From Mycolicibacterium smegmatis (lineage in GTDB: Bacteria > Actinomycetota > Actinomycetes > Mycobacteriales > Mycobacteriaceae): DNA of 32,000 nucleotides. The notes beneath the pieces were generated by a model that was not told the DNA's origin, did not search any database, and saw only the letters and a list, made by a program, of their open reading frames with translations. A program made the position numbers and the translations under genes. Positions 20,419 to 30,605 of this stretch are shown here, piece by piece (the first letter of the stretch is position 1; each line of letters begins with the position of its first letter). Where the stretch lies: positions 990,001-1,022,000 of the forward strand of contig NZ_LN831039.1 in the NCBI RefSeq assembly GCF_001457595.1, given 5' to 3'.

Positions 20419-21273
20419 GTGATGCTGGACTCCACCGGATATGCGGTCCGTGACGACGACGATGACGATCCCGAACTGCTGCTCCCCGGCGGCGAGGTCG
20501 TCGACACCTGGCGCGAGGGCTACCCGTACGACGAGCGGATGCACCGCGCCGACTACGAGGAGCAGAAGCGACTGCTGCAGATCGAACTGCTCAAGTTGCA
20601 GAAGTGGAGCCAGGCCCACGGGCATCGGCACGTGATCGTGTTCGAGGGCCGCGACGCCGCGGGCAAGGGCGGCACCATCAAGCGGTTCATGGAGCACCTC
20701 AACCCGCGTGGGGCGCGCGTCGTCGCCCTGGAGAAGCCCACCGAGCGGGAGCGCACGCAGTGGTACTTCCAGCGCTACGTCGAGCATCTGCCCGCCGCGG
20801 GTGAGATCGTGCTTTTCGACCGCTCCTGGTACAACCGCGCCGGTGTCGAACGCGTGATGGGCTACTGCACACCCAAGCAGCACGCCGAATTCATCCGGCA
20901 GGCTCCGCTGTTCGAGCAGATGCTGGTCAACGACGGCATCAGCCTGACCAAGCTGTGGTTCTCGGTCACGCGGTCCGAACAGCTCACGCGGTTCACCATC
21001 CGCCAGGTCGATCCCGTGCGGCAGTGGAAGCTCTCGCCCACCGACCTGGCCTCCCTGGACAAATGGGACGACTACACGGCCGCGAAAGAGGAGATGTTCG
21101 CCTGGACGGACACCGAGATCGCGCCCTGGACCGTGGTGAAGAGCAACGACAAGAAACGCGCCCGTATCAACGCGATGCGCTACGTGCTCGGTAAGTTCGA
21201 CTACGACAACAAGGACCATGAGGTGGTCGGCCAGGCCGATCCACTGATCGTGGGGCGTGCCCTCTCGGATTGA
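20419..21273 (+). CDS. ppk2: Polyphosphate kinase 2
   Basis: Walker-type 'VFEGRDAAGKGGTIKRFMEHLNPRGARVVAL' and 'FDRSWYNRAGVERVMGY'. Start 20419 (GTG) or 20422 (ATG). Confidence 0.95.
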   Translation: MMLDSTGYAVRDDDDDDPELLLPGGEVVDTWREGYPYDERMHRADYEEQKRLLQIELLKLQKWSQAHGHRHVIVFEGRDAAGKGGTIKRFMEHLNPRGARVVALEKPTERERTQWYFQRYVEHLPAAGEIVLFDRSWYNRAGVERVMGYCTPKQHAEFIRQAPLFEQMLVNDGISLTKLWFSVTRSEQLTRFTIRQVDPVRQWKLSPTDLASLDKWDDYTAAKEEMFAWTDTEIAPWTVVKSNDKKRARINAMRYVLGKFDYDNKDHEVVGQADPLIVGRALSD

Positions 21274-21325
21274 GCTCGGACTGAGCCGAGTATGAGTTCG
21301 AGCGCCGCCCGAAGAGGAGGACGGC

Positions 21326-22171
21326 GTGCGCTTTTTGATGACGCTGTTCCTGTGGCTGTTGACGACGGTGCTGCTCGCCGCGGCGGTACCCAGCGCGTGG
21401 GCGCAGAAGAACGTCATCGATGTGGCCGGTTATTCGGCGTTCGCCGAAGCCGCCGCCAAGGACCCGCAGCTGCAGCAGGCTGTCGCCGGTGAGCTTGCCA
21501 CGCAGGTGAGCACGCTCGTGCGCGACAACGGCGGTGAGGTGAACGCCGACATGGTGCGTGGTACCGCCAACGCCTACACCGCGGGGGAGGACTTCCCCGG
21601 CCAGTTCGCCCGTGCCAACGAGATCGCCCACACGTGGCTGTTCACCGACCGCATCCGGCGCGACGAGGGTGGCAGCTGGGTCATCGACCTGGCACCCATG
21701 CTGGCCGACTCGTCCTTTGAGGACACCCTGTCGAACTTCAATGTCGCAGTGCCCCAGACGCTCACGGTGCCGATCGCCTCAGAGCCGCCGTCCGGCCTGG
21801 AGCCCGGTCGGTTGCGGCCGCTGGCCACGTGGGGTCCGTGGGTGAGTGTCGGGACGACCGTCCTGGCCGGAGTGTTCGCTCTGCTGACCCTCGCTGTCGC
21901 GCGCTCGCGCGGTAAAGCCCTTGCGGCGTTGGGGATTTCCGCTCTGCTGGTCGGTGCGGCCGGCTGGGCCGGGCTGGAGGTGGCGCGCCGCTACCTCAAC
22001 GACGCGCTCAACCACACCAGCGGCGACATCCGCCAGATCGCCGACGCCATGGTCGGCCACGGCGTCGACAGCCTGCGCCAATGGCTCAACCTGACTTTGG
22101 CTGCCGGTGGCGGTCTCGTGGTGCTCGGGGTGGTTGTCGCGATGCTCGGCGGGCTGCGTCGTTCACGCTGA
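21326..22171 (+). CDS. Membrane protein of unknown function with signal/TM segment
   Basis: N-term 'MRFLMTLFLWLLTTVLLAAAVPSAWAQ' and further C-terminal TM helices; GTG start with upstream AGGAGG. Confidence 0.65.
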   Translation: MRFLMTLFLWLLTTVLLAAAVPSAWAQKNVIDVAGYSAFAEAAAKDPQLQQAVAGELATQVSTLVRDNGGEVNADMVRGTANAYTAGEDFPGQFARANEIAHTWLFTDRIRRDEGGSWVIDLAPMLADSSFEDTLSNFNVAVPQTLTVPIASEPPSGLEPGRLRPLATWGPWVSVGTTVLAGVFALLTLAVARSRGKALAALGISALLVGAAGWAGLEVARRYLNDALNHTSGDIRQIADAMVGHGVDSLRQWLNLTLAAGGGLVVLGVVVAMLGGLRRSR

Positions 22172-22189
22172 GGGTTTGACTGTTCCGGA

Positions 22190-22513
22190 CTATTTCGACT
22201 TACCGATGAGGTCCCACGCCGAGTAGACCCGTGATCTGATCTTCAGGTAGTCGGTGCGCAAGAACGCATACAGCGCCGTGACGACGAGGATCGCCAAGTA
22301 CGCGGCGACCACGGTGCCCCACCCCCTGTGTAGCGCAGCGAGTGAGACGAGCAGGCCTCCGACTGCTGCCGTCGCCCAATACAGGCGGCGCTCGAGCCGG
22401 GCGTCTTTGGCCACGAACAAGGCGACGACCCCGACGATGAGCACCACGGCGCCGGCGACGAGATAGATCGCTGCCAATCCACCCTCCTGGTTGCCGTTCG
22501 GTGTGCCTGCCAT
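22190..22513 (-). CDS. Small membrane protein of unknown function
   Basis: 107 aa from ATG 22513, three hydrophobic segments. Confidence 0.55.
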   Translation of the reverse strand: MAGTPNGNQEGGLAAIYLVAGAVVLIVGVVALFVAKDARLERRLYWATAAVGGLLVSLAALHRGWGTVVAAYLAILVVTALYAFLRTDYLKIRSRVYSAWDLIGKSK

Positions 22514-22655
22514 TGAACTTGCCGCGCGCCGCAAGTGCTCATGGTTGCCACGAACACGTCGTCATCCACGGGCGACTCCAGCGCAGATCAGAGGGTGAAT
22601 CCGAGCACCCAGTTGACGAAGCAAGGTGACTTGGACCATAGTGTCTAGGACAGAA

Positions 22656-22664
22656 GGTCTGACC
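22656..22664. promoter_or_regulatory. Candidate FadR-type operator GGTCTGACC (extended TGGTCAGACC on the minus strand)
   Basis: Perfect 9-nt palindrome 41 nt before ATG 22706; same core as 24080-24088. Confidence 0.6.
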
Positions 22665-22705
22665 ATCTACCCGCACTAAGTCTGAAGTCGTCGAAGGAAA
22701 TCCGC

Positions 22706-24070
22706 ATGAACCTCTACTCACTCCTGCAGCAACGAACCGAAGCGTCGGGTCCGGTACGCGTAGGTGTGATCGGTGCCGGCAAGTTCGCGTCGATGTTTCT
22801 CACCCAGGCGGTGAATTCGCCGAGCCTGCATGTGGTGGGCGTCGCCGATATCAACGTCTCCAAGGCCAAGGCCGCCTTGCACCGCACAGGGTGGCCGGCC
22901 GATCGGTACGCGGCGGGTTCGCTCGACGAGGCGCTACGCACCGGCGCCACGGCGGTCACCGACAACGCCGACGCACTGCTGGCCCACCCGGGCATCGAGG
23001 TGATCCTGGAGATCACCGGCAACCCGTTGGTCGGTACCTACCACGCGGTGACCGCGATCGACAACGGCAAGCACGTGGTGATGGTCAACGTCGAGGCCGA
23101 CTGCATGGTGGGCCCGATCCTGCAGCGCCGGGCCGCGGCCGCCGGCGTGATCTACGCGATGGCCTACGGAGATCAGCCGGCCCTGATCTGCGAGCTCGTC
23201 GACTGGTGCCGAACCGTCGGCTTCGACGTCGTCGCGGCAGGCAAGGGCACCAAGTACCTTCCGGAATACAACTACTCCACACCCGAAACCGTCTGGAATT
23301 ACTACGGATTCACCGACGAGCAGCTCGCCTCGGGTGACTACAACCCGCAGATGTTCAACTCGTTCCTCGACGGCACCAAATCCGCGATCGAGATGGCCGC
23401 CGTGGCCAACGCGACCGGGCTGCTGCCCCAGGAGCAGGGCCTGCTCTTCCCGCCGGCCAGCAAGGACGACCTGCCGACCGTGCTGCGCGAGAACCGCTTC
23501 CCCGGGGGCAGTCTGATGCGTCGGGGCACCGTCGAGATCGCGTCGAGCATGTACCGCGACGGCCAAGAAGTTCCGGACAACCTGCGCTGGGGCGTCTACG
23601 TCACGTTCGAGGCCGTCACCGACTACGCCGTGCAGTGCTTCGCCGAGTACGGGGTGCACACCGACGAGACCGGCCGCTACGGCTCGCTGTACCGCCCGTA
23701 TCACATGATCGGTCTGGAGCTGGCGGTCAGCATCGCCTCGGCCGTGTTGCGCAACGAGGCCACGGGCTCGCCCACCGGGTTCCGCGGCGACGTCATGACG
23801 ACCGCCAAACGCGACCTCAAGGCCGGCGAAAAGCTCGACGGCGAAGGCGGATTCACGGTCTTCGGCAAGCTCGCCCCGGCCGAGATCTCCCTCGACCGCA
23901 ACGCCTTGCCCCTCGGCCTCGCCCACGGCGCGACGCTCGTGCGTGACATCGCCAAGGACGAGACCATCTCGTGGGACGACGTGCGCGTCGACGAGTCGCA
24001 GTTCGCCGTCAAGATCCGCAGACAGCTCGAATCGGAATTCCGGTCCGAACACATCGCCGCCACCGCCTAG
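22706..24070 (+). CDS. NAD(P)-dependent oxidoreductase with C-terminal SAF domain (homoserine-dehydrogenase-like, COG4091 type)
   Basis: Rossmann start 'VRVGVIGAGKFASMFLTQAV', 'GKGTKYLPEYNYSTPETVWNYYGF', 'GLELAVSIASAVLRNEATG', C-terminal 'KAGEKLDGEGGFTVFGKL' SAF-like segment. Confidence 0.8.
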   Translation: MNLYSLLQQRTEASGPVRVGVIGAGKFASMFLTQAVNSPSLHVVGVADINVSKAKAALHRTGWPADRYAAGSLDEALRTGATAVTDNADALLAHPGIEVILEITGNPLVGTYHAVTAIDNGKHVVMVNVEADCMVGPILQRRAAAAGVIYAMAYGDQPALICELVDWCRTVGFDVVAAGKGTKYLPEYNYSTPETVWNYYGFTDEQLASGDYNPQMFNSFLDGTKSAIEMAAVANATGLLPQEQGLLFPPASKDDLPTVLRENRFPGGSLMRRGTVEIASSMYRDGQEVPDNLRWGVYVTFEAVTDYAVQCFAEYGVHTDETGRYGSLYRPYHMIGLELAVSIASAVLRNEATGSPTGFRGDVMTTAKRDLKAGEKLDGEGGFTVFGKLAPAEISLDRNALPLGLAHGATLVRDIAKDETISWDDVRVDESQFAVKIRRQLESEFRSEHIAATA

Positions 24071-24079
24071 CGACCAGTT

Positions 24080-24088
24080 GGTCAGACC
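24080..24088. promoter_or_regulatory. Candidate FadR-type operator GGTCAGACC upstream of the regulator gene
   Basis: TGGTCAGACC, identical in reverse complement to 22656-22665; also overlaps ACCAGTTGGT (24074-24083). Confidence 0.6.
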
Positions 24089-24169
24089 GTCGAACCTTGG
24101 AACCTACGATGAGTGAATGCATCCGCCGCGCCGCCACCCGCGGCGCGGGACACAAGGAGACGACGCACC

Positions 24170-24913
24170 GTGACAGCAGCCGACCGCTGGGAGCCCGTTC
24201 AGCGCCTGCGCACCTACGAACAGGTGATGGCCCAGATCGAACAGCGCATCGCCGCCGGTCAGCTCCAACCGGGAGACCATCTGCCCAGCGAGCGGGAGCT
24301 GGCCGCGCTACTCGGTGTGTCACGCCCCTCGCTGCGGGAGTCGCTGCGCGTCCTGGAAGCGCTCGGGGTGGTCGAAATCCGCCGCGGCGGCGGGTCCGAG
24401 GGCGGCGCGGCCCTGCGGTCGGTCCCGGGCACCGGGCTGGTCAGCCTGCTCAAACTCCAGCTGGCACTGTCGCACTTCAGTTGGAACGACGTGCTGGAGA
24501 CCAGGCTGGCGCTCGAGCTGTGGTCGGCGAGAGAAGCCGCCTATCGATCCACTGACGACGACCACCGAGAACTCGGCGCTATTCTCGACCAGATGGACGA
24601 TCCCTCGATCGAGACCGGTGACTTCAATTGCCTGGACGCCGAGTTCCACGTGCGGATCTCCCAATCCACCGGCAATGCCTTGACCGCATACTTCATGGGG
24701 TCGCTGCGCACTGCCATCCACCATCAAATGGTCGAGATGTACGCCGCGCTCGCCGACTGGCGCGAGACGGCCAAGACGGTCAGACGCGAGCACCGCGAAA
24801 TCCTGCAAGCCCTCGTCGACCGCGACGGGCCGCTCGCGGCACAGCGCATGCAGGCACACATCTGCGACTTCTACGACCTGAAGATCAGCGGCAGCGAGCT
24901 GGCCGGCGAATAA
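24170..24913 (+). CDS. FadR-subfamily GntR transcriptional regulator
   Basis: 'IAAGQLQPGDHLPSERELAALLGVSRPSLRESLRVLEALGVVEIRRGGGS' plus FCD domain; GTG 24170 preceded by AAGGAG. Confidence 0.92.
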   Translation: MTAADRWEPVQRLRTYEQVMAQIEQRIAAGQLQPGDHLPSERELAALLGVSRPSLRESLRVLEALGVVEIRRGGGSEGGAALRSVPGTGLVSLLKLQLALSHFSWNDVLETRLALELWSAREAAYRSTDDDHRELGAILDQMDDPSIETGDFNCLDAEFHVRISQSTGNALTAYFMGSLRTAIHHQMVEMYAALADWRETAKTVRREHREILQALVDRDGPLAAQRMQAHICDFYDLKISGSELAGE

Positions 24914-24985
24914 CGTTCGAAGATCCAGCTCCTGCATTGACATCGAGGCCTTGCCTCACATCTCAATGGAGAGAGACGGATCCTG

Positions 24986-26356
24986 ATGGACACCCCCACC
25001 ATCCCGGCACCAGCGGAGCGTGCTCGGCACGGCTCCCCCGACAAACTGCGGACCGCCATCGGCAGTGCGGTCGGCACCACGATCGAGAACTACGACTTCC
25101 TGGCCTACGGGACCGCCGCGGCCCTGTACTTCAATGACGCGTTCTTCCACGCCGACGATCCCTTGATCGGTGTGCTCATCGGCTTCGCCACGTTCGGCGT
25201 CGGATTCGCCATGCGACCCCTCGGCGGCCTGCTCGGCGGGTATCTGGGCGACCGCATCGGCCGCAAGCCGGTGCTGATCGGCGCGTTGCTGGTCATGGGT
25301 TTTGCCACCGTGATGATCGGCCTGCTACCGACCTATCAGCAGGTCGGCATACTGGCGCCGATCCTGCTGACAGCCATCCGCGTCATCCAGGGCCTCGCGT
25401 TCGGCGCGGAGTGGGGTGGCGCGATCCTGATGACATATGAGCACGCGCCGTGGAAAAAGCGCGGCCGCTACGCCGCGATCCCACAAGCCGGTGTGCCCCT
25501 TGGCGTCTTGCTGGCCAACGTGGTCTTCCTGCTCTCCAGCCATCTCGACAGCGAGCTCGCATGGCGGTTGCCGTTCCTGCTGAGCTCCGTGCTGATCGTG
25601 GCGGGCATGATCATCCGGCTCAAGGTTTCGGAATCACCGGAATTCGTCGACACCAAGGAAGCCGGCAACGTGGTCAGCAACCCGCTGAAGGAAGTGATCC
25701 GCCGCGACTGGCGCAACATTCTGCGCATCATCGCACTGCGCCTGGCCGAATCCGGCGGCTTCTACGTGATCGTCACCTACATGCTGTCCTACCTCACCAG
25801 CGGCGACGAGCCGATCACCACGAAAGCCGTCGCACTCACCGGTCTCATCGCGGCCACCGCGACCGGCACGGTCACCACCATCCTGTTCGGCATGCTGACC
25901 GACAAAGTGGGCCGAAAGCCGGTCTACTACGCAGGCACCGCGTTGCTGATCCTGTTCGCATTTCCGATGTTCTGGCTGGTCAACACCGGCTCGACGGTCC
26001 TGATCGTGCTCGTCTACATCATCGGGTTGGCGGTCATCCACGACGCCCTCGCCGCCACCCAGGGCACCTGGTTCGCCGAATTGTTCAAGACCAACACCCG
26101 CTCGTCGGGCGCCTCCATCGGCTACCAGTTCTCGGCGGCCATCTCCGGGTTCATCCCGCTGATCGCCGCAGCGGTCGCCGCCCAGCTGGGGTGGGCCGGG
26201 GTCGCGCTGGTGTACCTGGGCTGCGGTGTCCTCGGCCTCGTCGGCACGATCCTGACGCGCGAGACCTGGGGCGCCACGCAGCGCGCGGCCGTCGACTCGG
26301 TCATCAATTCTGCCGAAACACCCGGCACCGCAACGAAAGCGAAGGTTTCGCCGTGA
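24986..26356 (+). CDS. MFS transporter, metabolite:H+ symporter (ProP/ShiA-like MHS family)
   Basis: 'GTTIENYDFLAYGTAAALYF', 'GGYLGDRIGRKPVL', 'GLAFGAEWGGAILMTYEHAP'. Confidence 0.93.
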   Translation: MDTPTIPAPAERARHGSPDKLRTAIGSAVGTTIENYDFLAYGTAAALYFNDAFFHADDPLIGVLIGFATFGVGFAMRPLGGLLGGYLGDRIGRKPVLIGALLVMGFATVMIGLLPTYQQVGILAPILLTAIRVIQGLAFGAEWGGAILMTYEHAPWKKRGRYAAIPQAGVPLGVLLANVVFLLSSHLDSELAWRLPFLLSSVLIVAGMIIRLKVSESPEFVDTKEAGNVVSNPLKEVIRRDWRNILRIIALRLAESGGFYVIVTYMLSYLTSGDEPITTKAVALTGLIAATATGTVTTILFGMLTDKVGRKPVYYAGTALLILFAFPMFWLVNTGSTVLIVLVYIIGLAVIHDALAATQGTWFAELFKTNTRSSGASIGYQFSAAISGFIPLIAAAVAAQLGWAGVALVYLGCGVLGLVGTILTRETWGATQRAAVDSVINSAETPGTATKAKVSP

Positions 26357-27630
26357 AGACAATCGTTCTGGATGACGATCCCACCGGTACGCAGTCGGCC
26401 AGCGGTGTTCGCGTACTGCTGGAGTGCAGCGCGGACGCGATCGAGGAGACGCTGCGCGACGCCGAGAGCGTCTATGTGCAGACCAACAGCCGCGCACTCG
26501 CCGAGGCGGACGCGGTAGACCTCGTCCGCCGGATACGGGCAGACGGCGAAGAAGCCGCCCGACGCCTCGGCGTGGCCGTGCGGTTCGTGCTGCGCGGCGA
26601 CTCGACGCTGCGTGGCCACGTCTTCGCCGAGACCGAGGTGTTTCTCGACGACGACGCCGTCATGGTGTTCGTGCCCGCGTTCCCCGACGGTGGCCGCACC
26701 ACCCGCGACGGCGTGCACTACGTCAACGTCGGCGGCCACGACCTGCCCGCGCACGAAAGCGAATACGCCGCCGATCCGGTGTTCGGCTTCAGCACCGGTG
26801 TTCTCGTCGACTATGTCGCCGAGAAGTCAGGCCGCACAGCCGTTTCCGTTTCGCTGGCAACGGTGCGCGGTGGTGATCTGGCGACGGTGCTGAGCACCGC
26901 ACAGCCGGGCGCCGTGGTGTTGCCCGATGCCGTGGACAACGCCGACATCAGCTTGATCGCCGAGGCCATCTCCACCGCCGACGCCGCAGGCCGCAAGATC
27001 GTGGTACGCACCGCGGCTCCGGTCGCCGCCGAACTCGCCGGAGTCACGAGCCCCGGACTGCTCGGCGCACCGCTGCTCGACCGGCCGCGGCCGACGCTGT
27101 TGGTGTGCGGATCGCACACCGCAGGCGCCACCGCACAACTGGCCCCGGTGATCGACCGGTGGGGTGCACCCGTCGTCGTCGACACCGCGGGTGCCCTCGA
27201 CGATCCCGACACAGAGGGCCGCCGCGCGGCCGACCGGGTGCGCGCCCAGCTGGACGCGCGGTCCTTCGCCGTGCTGATGAGCGAACGCGACCGGTCGTCG
27301 GACCACAACACGCTGAGCCATGGCGAGCGGATCATGACGGCGCTGACCACCGCGGTGCGCGCAGCGGTGCCGCACCTGTCGGTCGTGGTGGCCAAAGGCG
27401 GCATCACGTCGGCCGAGGTCGCCCGCGCCGGGATCGGCGCCACCTCCGCCCTCGTGCTCGGCCAGATCCGTCCCGGTGTGTCTGTCTGGCAACTCGAAGA
27501 CCGCAACGGCCGCGACATTCTCTACGTGGTCGTACCCGGCAACGTGGGCGACCACGACACCCTGGTCGAGATCCTCGACGCGCTGCGCATCGGCGCCGCG
27601 GCACCGGTTGGAAGCCGACAAATTTCATGA
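26353..27630 (+). CDS. DUF1537-family four-carbon/acid-sugar kinase (OtnK-like)
   Basis: 'VLDDDPTGTQSASG', 'RGDSTLRGHV', 'FVPAFPDGGRTTRDGVHYV', 'VVAKGGITS', 'YVVVPGNVGDHDTLVEIL'; GTGA overlap with the transporter. Confidence 0.93.
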   Translation: MKTIVLDDDPTGTQSASGVRVLLECSADAIEETLRDAESVYVQTNSRALAEADAVDLVRRIRADGEEAARRLGVAVRFVLRGDSTLRGHVFAETEVFLDDDAVMVFVPAFPDGGRTTRDGVHYVNVGGHDLPAHESEYAADPVFGFSTGVLVDYVAEKSGRTAVSVSLATVRGGDLATVLSTAQPGAVVLPDAVDNADISLIAEAISTADAAGRKIVVRTAAPVAAELAGVTSPGLLGAPLLDRPRPTLLVCGSHTAGATAQLAPVIDRWGAPVVVDTAGALDDPDTEGRRAADRVRAQLDARSFAVLMSERDRSSDHNTLSHGERIMTALTTAVRAAVPHLSVVVAKGGITSAEVARAGIGATSALVLGQIRPGVSVWQLEDRNGRDILYVVVPGNVGDHDTLVEILDALRIGAAAPVGSRQIS

Positions 27631-28439
27631 AAGCCGCACTGACCGCGGCCCGCGCGACACGAAACCCGCTGCCTGCCTTCACCTGCTACACGCTGGAGAC
27701 CGCCGTCGGCGTACTGGAAGCCGCCGAGACCGTGAGCAGGCCGGTGATCCTGTTGGTCTCCGATGCCGCGATGCGCGATGCCGCAGGTGCGCGGCTGGTG
27801 ACGGCGCTGGTCGCCGTCGCGCAGCAGGCGCGGGTGCCCGCCTGGGTTCAGCTCGACCACTGCGCCGACCTCGAGCGCATCCGTCATGCGCTCGACCTCG
27901 GCGCGGGTGCTGTCATGGCCGACGGTTCCCACCTGGACGACGCGGCCAATGCCCGGTTCGTGGAGCGTGCGGTTGCGCTCGCCGAACCGTTCGACGCAGC
28001 CGTCGAGGCCGAGCTGGGCCGCGTCGAGGGTGACGAGGACATCGACCTGGCTGTGGAGGCGGGCGCCCTGACCGATCCCGACGCGGCGCGCCGATTCGTA
28101 GCGAGCACCGGCGTGGACTGCCTGGCCGTCGCGGTCGGCAATGTGCACGGCTCCTATCGTCAACGCCCGCGGCTTGATTGGCCGCGGCTGGCCCGCATCG
28201 TCGAGGAGCTGCCGGTGGCCGTGTCGCTGCACGGCACCTCCGGCCTCCCGGCCGAGGACCGTCGCCGGGCGCAGCAGCTCGGCGTGGTGAAGTTCAACGT
28301 CAACACCGAGTTGCGGCGCGGCCACATGGCGGTTCTGCGGGACCGGATCGCCCACGATCCGGCCAGTACCGACGTGCTGGCACTCACCGCCGCCCTGCGC
28401 CGTCGGGCAGCCGAGGTCGCCGAAGAGCTCATCACCTGA
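27627..28439 (+). CDS. Class II fructose/tagatose-bisphosphate aldolase-family protein
   Basis: 'PAWVQLDHCADLERIRHALDLGAGAVMADGSHL', 'EAELGRVEGDED', 'AVAVGNVHGSY', 'VSLHGTSGLP', 'KFNVNTELR'; ATGA overlap with the kinase. Confidence 0.93.
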   Translation: MKAALTAARATRNPLPAFTCYTLETAVGVLEAAETVSRPVILLVSDAAMRDAAGARLVTALVAVAQQARVPAWVQLDHCADLERIRHALDLGAGAVMADGSHLDDAANARFVERAVALAEPFDAAVEAELGRVEGDEDIDLAVEAGALTDPDAARRFVASTGVDCLAVAVGNVHGSYRQRPRLDWPRLARIVEELPVAVSLHGTSGLPAEDRRRAQQLGVVKFNVNTELRRGHMAVLRDRIAHDPASTDVLALTAALRRRAAEVAEELIT

Positions 28440-28526
28440 CTGCCTCGTCGCCCACCGGCAGCGCAGATTCGACGACTCTGCAGGCGGCGTGCGAAGTGAC
28501 GAAGAGAGCGGCCAGGTCACGCCGAG

Positions 28527-30542
28527 TCAGTCGAGGTTTCCTCCGGTGAGCATGCGCCACAGGAATTCGTAGGTCAGCGCACCCTTGAACGCGGCCTGCT
28601 TGTTGTCGGCCGCACCGCCGTGCCCACCCTCGATGTTCTCGTAGTAGTACACGCGGTGGCCCGCTGCCTCCAGCGCGGCCGTCATCTTCCTGGCGTGCCC
28701 GGGATGCACGCGATCGTCGCGCGTGGACGTGGTGATCAGGATCGGTGGATACTTCGCGTCGGCCGAAATATTCTGGTACGGAGAGTATTTCGAGATGAAC
28801 TCCCAGTCCGCCGGATCGTCGGGGTTGCCGTACTCGGCGACCCACGAGGCGCCCGCCAGCAACAGATGGAACCGCTTCATGTCGAGCAGGGGCACGCTGC
28901 ACACCAAGGCGCCGAACAACTCCGGGTACTGCGTGAGCATGACGCCCATGAGCAGACCACCGTTGCTGCCACCGGATGCGCCGAGCTGATCGACGGTGGT
29001 GATGCCACGGCGCACGAGGTCGGCCGCGATGGCCGCGAAGTCCTCGTACACCAGATGCCGGTTCTCGCGCATGGCCTGGGTGTGCCACTGCGGCCCGTAC
29101 TCGCCGCCGCCGCGAATGTTGGCCTGTACGAACGTTCCACCGCGCGACAGCCACGCACGGCCGATGCCGCCGCCGTACCCGGGTGTCTGCGCACTCTGGA
29201 ATCCGCCGTAGCCGTAGAGGTACGTCGGCGCGGGTTCGGAACGGCGTCCCACCACGAAATACGGCACCTGCGTACCGTCATTGGACGTCGCGAAGAACTG
29301 TTCGACCTCGATGCCGTCGGCGTCGAAGAACGCTGGCGCAGATTTCAGTTGCACCAGCGGGCCACCCGCCGTGCCGTACAGCAGGCGCGACGGGCTGGTG
29401 AATCCGCTTGAGTCGTAGAAGACCTCGTCGCCGAGGTGGTCGGCATCGACGACGACGGTCGACGCCACCGGCGGGATGTCGGGCGCGTCGTGACGTTCCC
29501 AGGTGCCAGGCGTGACGATCTCGATGTGGCTGACGACGTCGCGCAGCGTCACCAGGATCAGCTTGTCCTTGGTCCAGCTGAAACTCGAAAGGCAACTGTG
29601 CGCGTCGGATTCGTAGACGATCGTGAGATCACGTGCACCCGAGAGGAATTCGTCGAACTTGGTGGCCAAGAGCGATCCCGCCGGGTAGGTGACCTCACCC
29701 ACCTGCCATTCGGTGCGCAGCGCGATCAGCATCCACTCCTGGTGCAGCGACAGCGTCGAGTCGGTGGGGACGTCGATCAGCACTAGTTCGCCGTCGCGCA
29801 CCTCGTAGCGGACGCGGTTGTAGAAGTCGGTGTAGCGGCCCAGGCGCGTGTGCTCGTAGCCCGGCGTGCGGTCGACACCGGCGATGACGCGGATGTCCGT
29901 CGGCTCGGCCTCGTACACGGTCTCGGCGTTCTCCAGCGGTTCGCCGCGGCGCCAGCGCTTGGCGATCCGCGGATAACCCGACTCGGTCATCGAGCCGGGG
30001 CCGAAATCGGTGCACACCAGCAGGGTGTTCTGGTCCTCCCACGACGCCGAGGACTTCGCCTCGTCCAGGTAGAACCCGTCGGTGACGAATTGTCGTGTCC
30101 GCATGTCGAATTCGCGGGTCACCACGGCGTCGGCGCCGCCGCGGGACAGGCTGATCAGCGCCAGGGTGTACTCGGGTTCGATCACTTCCGCACCGGACCA
30201 CACCCAGTTTTCGCCGTCTTCGCGCGCCAGCTCGTCGACGTCGATGATGACGTCCCAGTCGGGTTCGTCGGTGCGGTAGCTCTCCAGCGTCGTACGCCGC
30301 CACACGCCCTTGGGGTTGGCCTCGTCGCGCCAGAAGTTGTAGAGGTACTCGCCGCGGCGCCGCACGTACGGGATGCGCGCGTCGGTGTCGAGGATTTCCA
30401 GCAACTCGCCGCGGATTGCCTCGAAACGTTCACCGCTCAGTGCTTCGAGCGTCGGTTCGTTGTGGGCGCGCACCCACTCCAGCGCGTCGTCGCCGGTGAT
30501 GTCTTCGAGCCAGAGGTAGGGGTCGTCGTCAGCCACCCACAC
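28527..30542 (-). CDS. Prolyl oligopeptidase family serine peptidase (S9)
   Basis: Catalytic-site context '[13 protein letters not shown]', N-term '[18 protein letters not shown]', C-term '[12 protein letters not shown]' and 'EGGHGG'. Confidence 0.93.
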   Translation of the reverse strand: MWVADDDPYLWLEDITGDDALEWVRAHNEPTLEALSGERFEAIRGELLEILDTDARIPYVRRRGEYLYNFWRDEANPKGVWRRTTLESYRTDEPDWDVIIDVDELAREDGENWVWSGAEVIEPEYTLALISLSRGGADAVVTREFDMRTRQFVTDGFYLDEAKSSASWEDQNTLLVCTDFGPGSMTESGYPRIAKRWRRGEPLENAETVYEAEPTDIRVIAGVDRTPGYEHTRLGRYTDFYNRVRYEVRDGELVLIDVPTDSTLSLHQEWMLIALRTEWQVGEVTYPAGSLLATKFDEFLSGARDLTIVYESDAHSCLSSFSWTKDKLILVTLRDVVSHIEIVTPGTWERHDAPDIPPVASTVVVDADHLGDEVFYDSSGFTSPSRLLYGTAGGPLVQLKSAPAFFDADGIEVEQFFATSNDGTQVPYFVVGRRSEPAPTYLYGYGGFQSAQTPGYGGGIGRAWLSRGGTFVQANIRGGGEYGPQWHTQAMRENRHLVYEDFAAIAADLVRRGITTVDQLGASGGSNGGLLMGVMLTQYPELFGALVCSVPLLDMKRFHLLLAGASWVAEYGNPDDPADWEFISKYSPYQNISADAKYPPILITTSTRDDRVHPGHARKMTAALEAAGHRVYYYENIEGGHGGAADNKQAAFKGALTYEFLWRMLTGGNLD

Positions 30543-30605
30543 ATTGTGGCCTGCGCGCGTAATGTGAGCTGCGTAACACCGCTTCGGAGGTACAGAGGAG
30601 TCGAG

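Noticed and set aside
20437-20475. GAC/GAT run encoding several aspartates near the PPK2 N-terminus
   Set aside because: Only six consecutive acidic codons with mixed usage; too short to call a microsatellite or special feature.
22934-24052. 372 aa minus-strand ORF
   Set aside because: Antisense to the SAF-domain oxidoreductase; composition typical of shadow ORFs.
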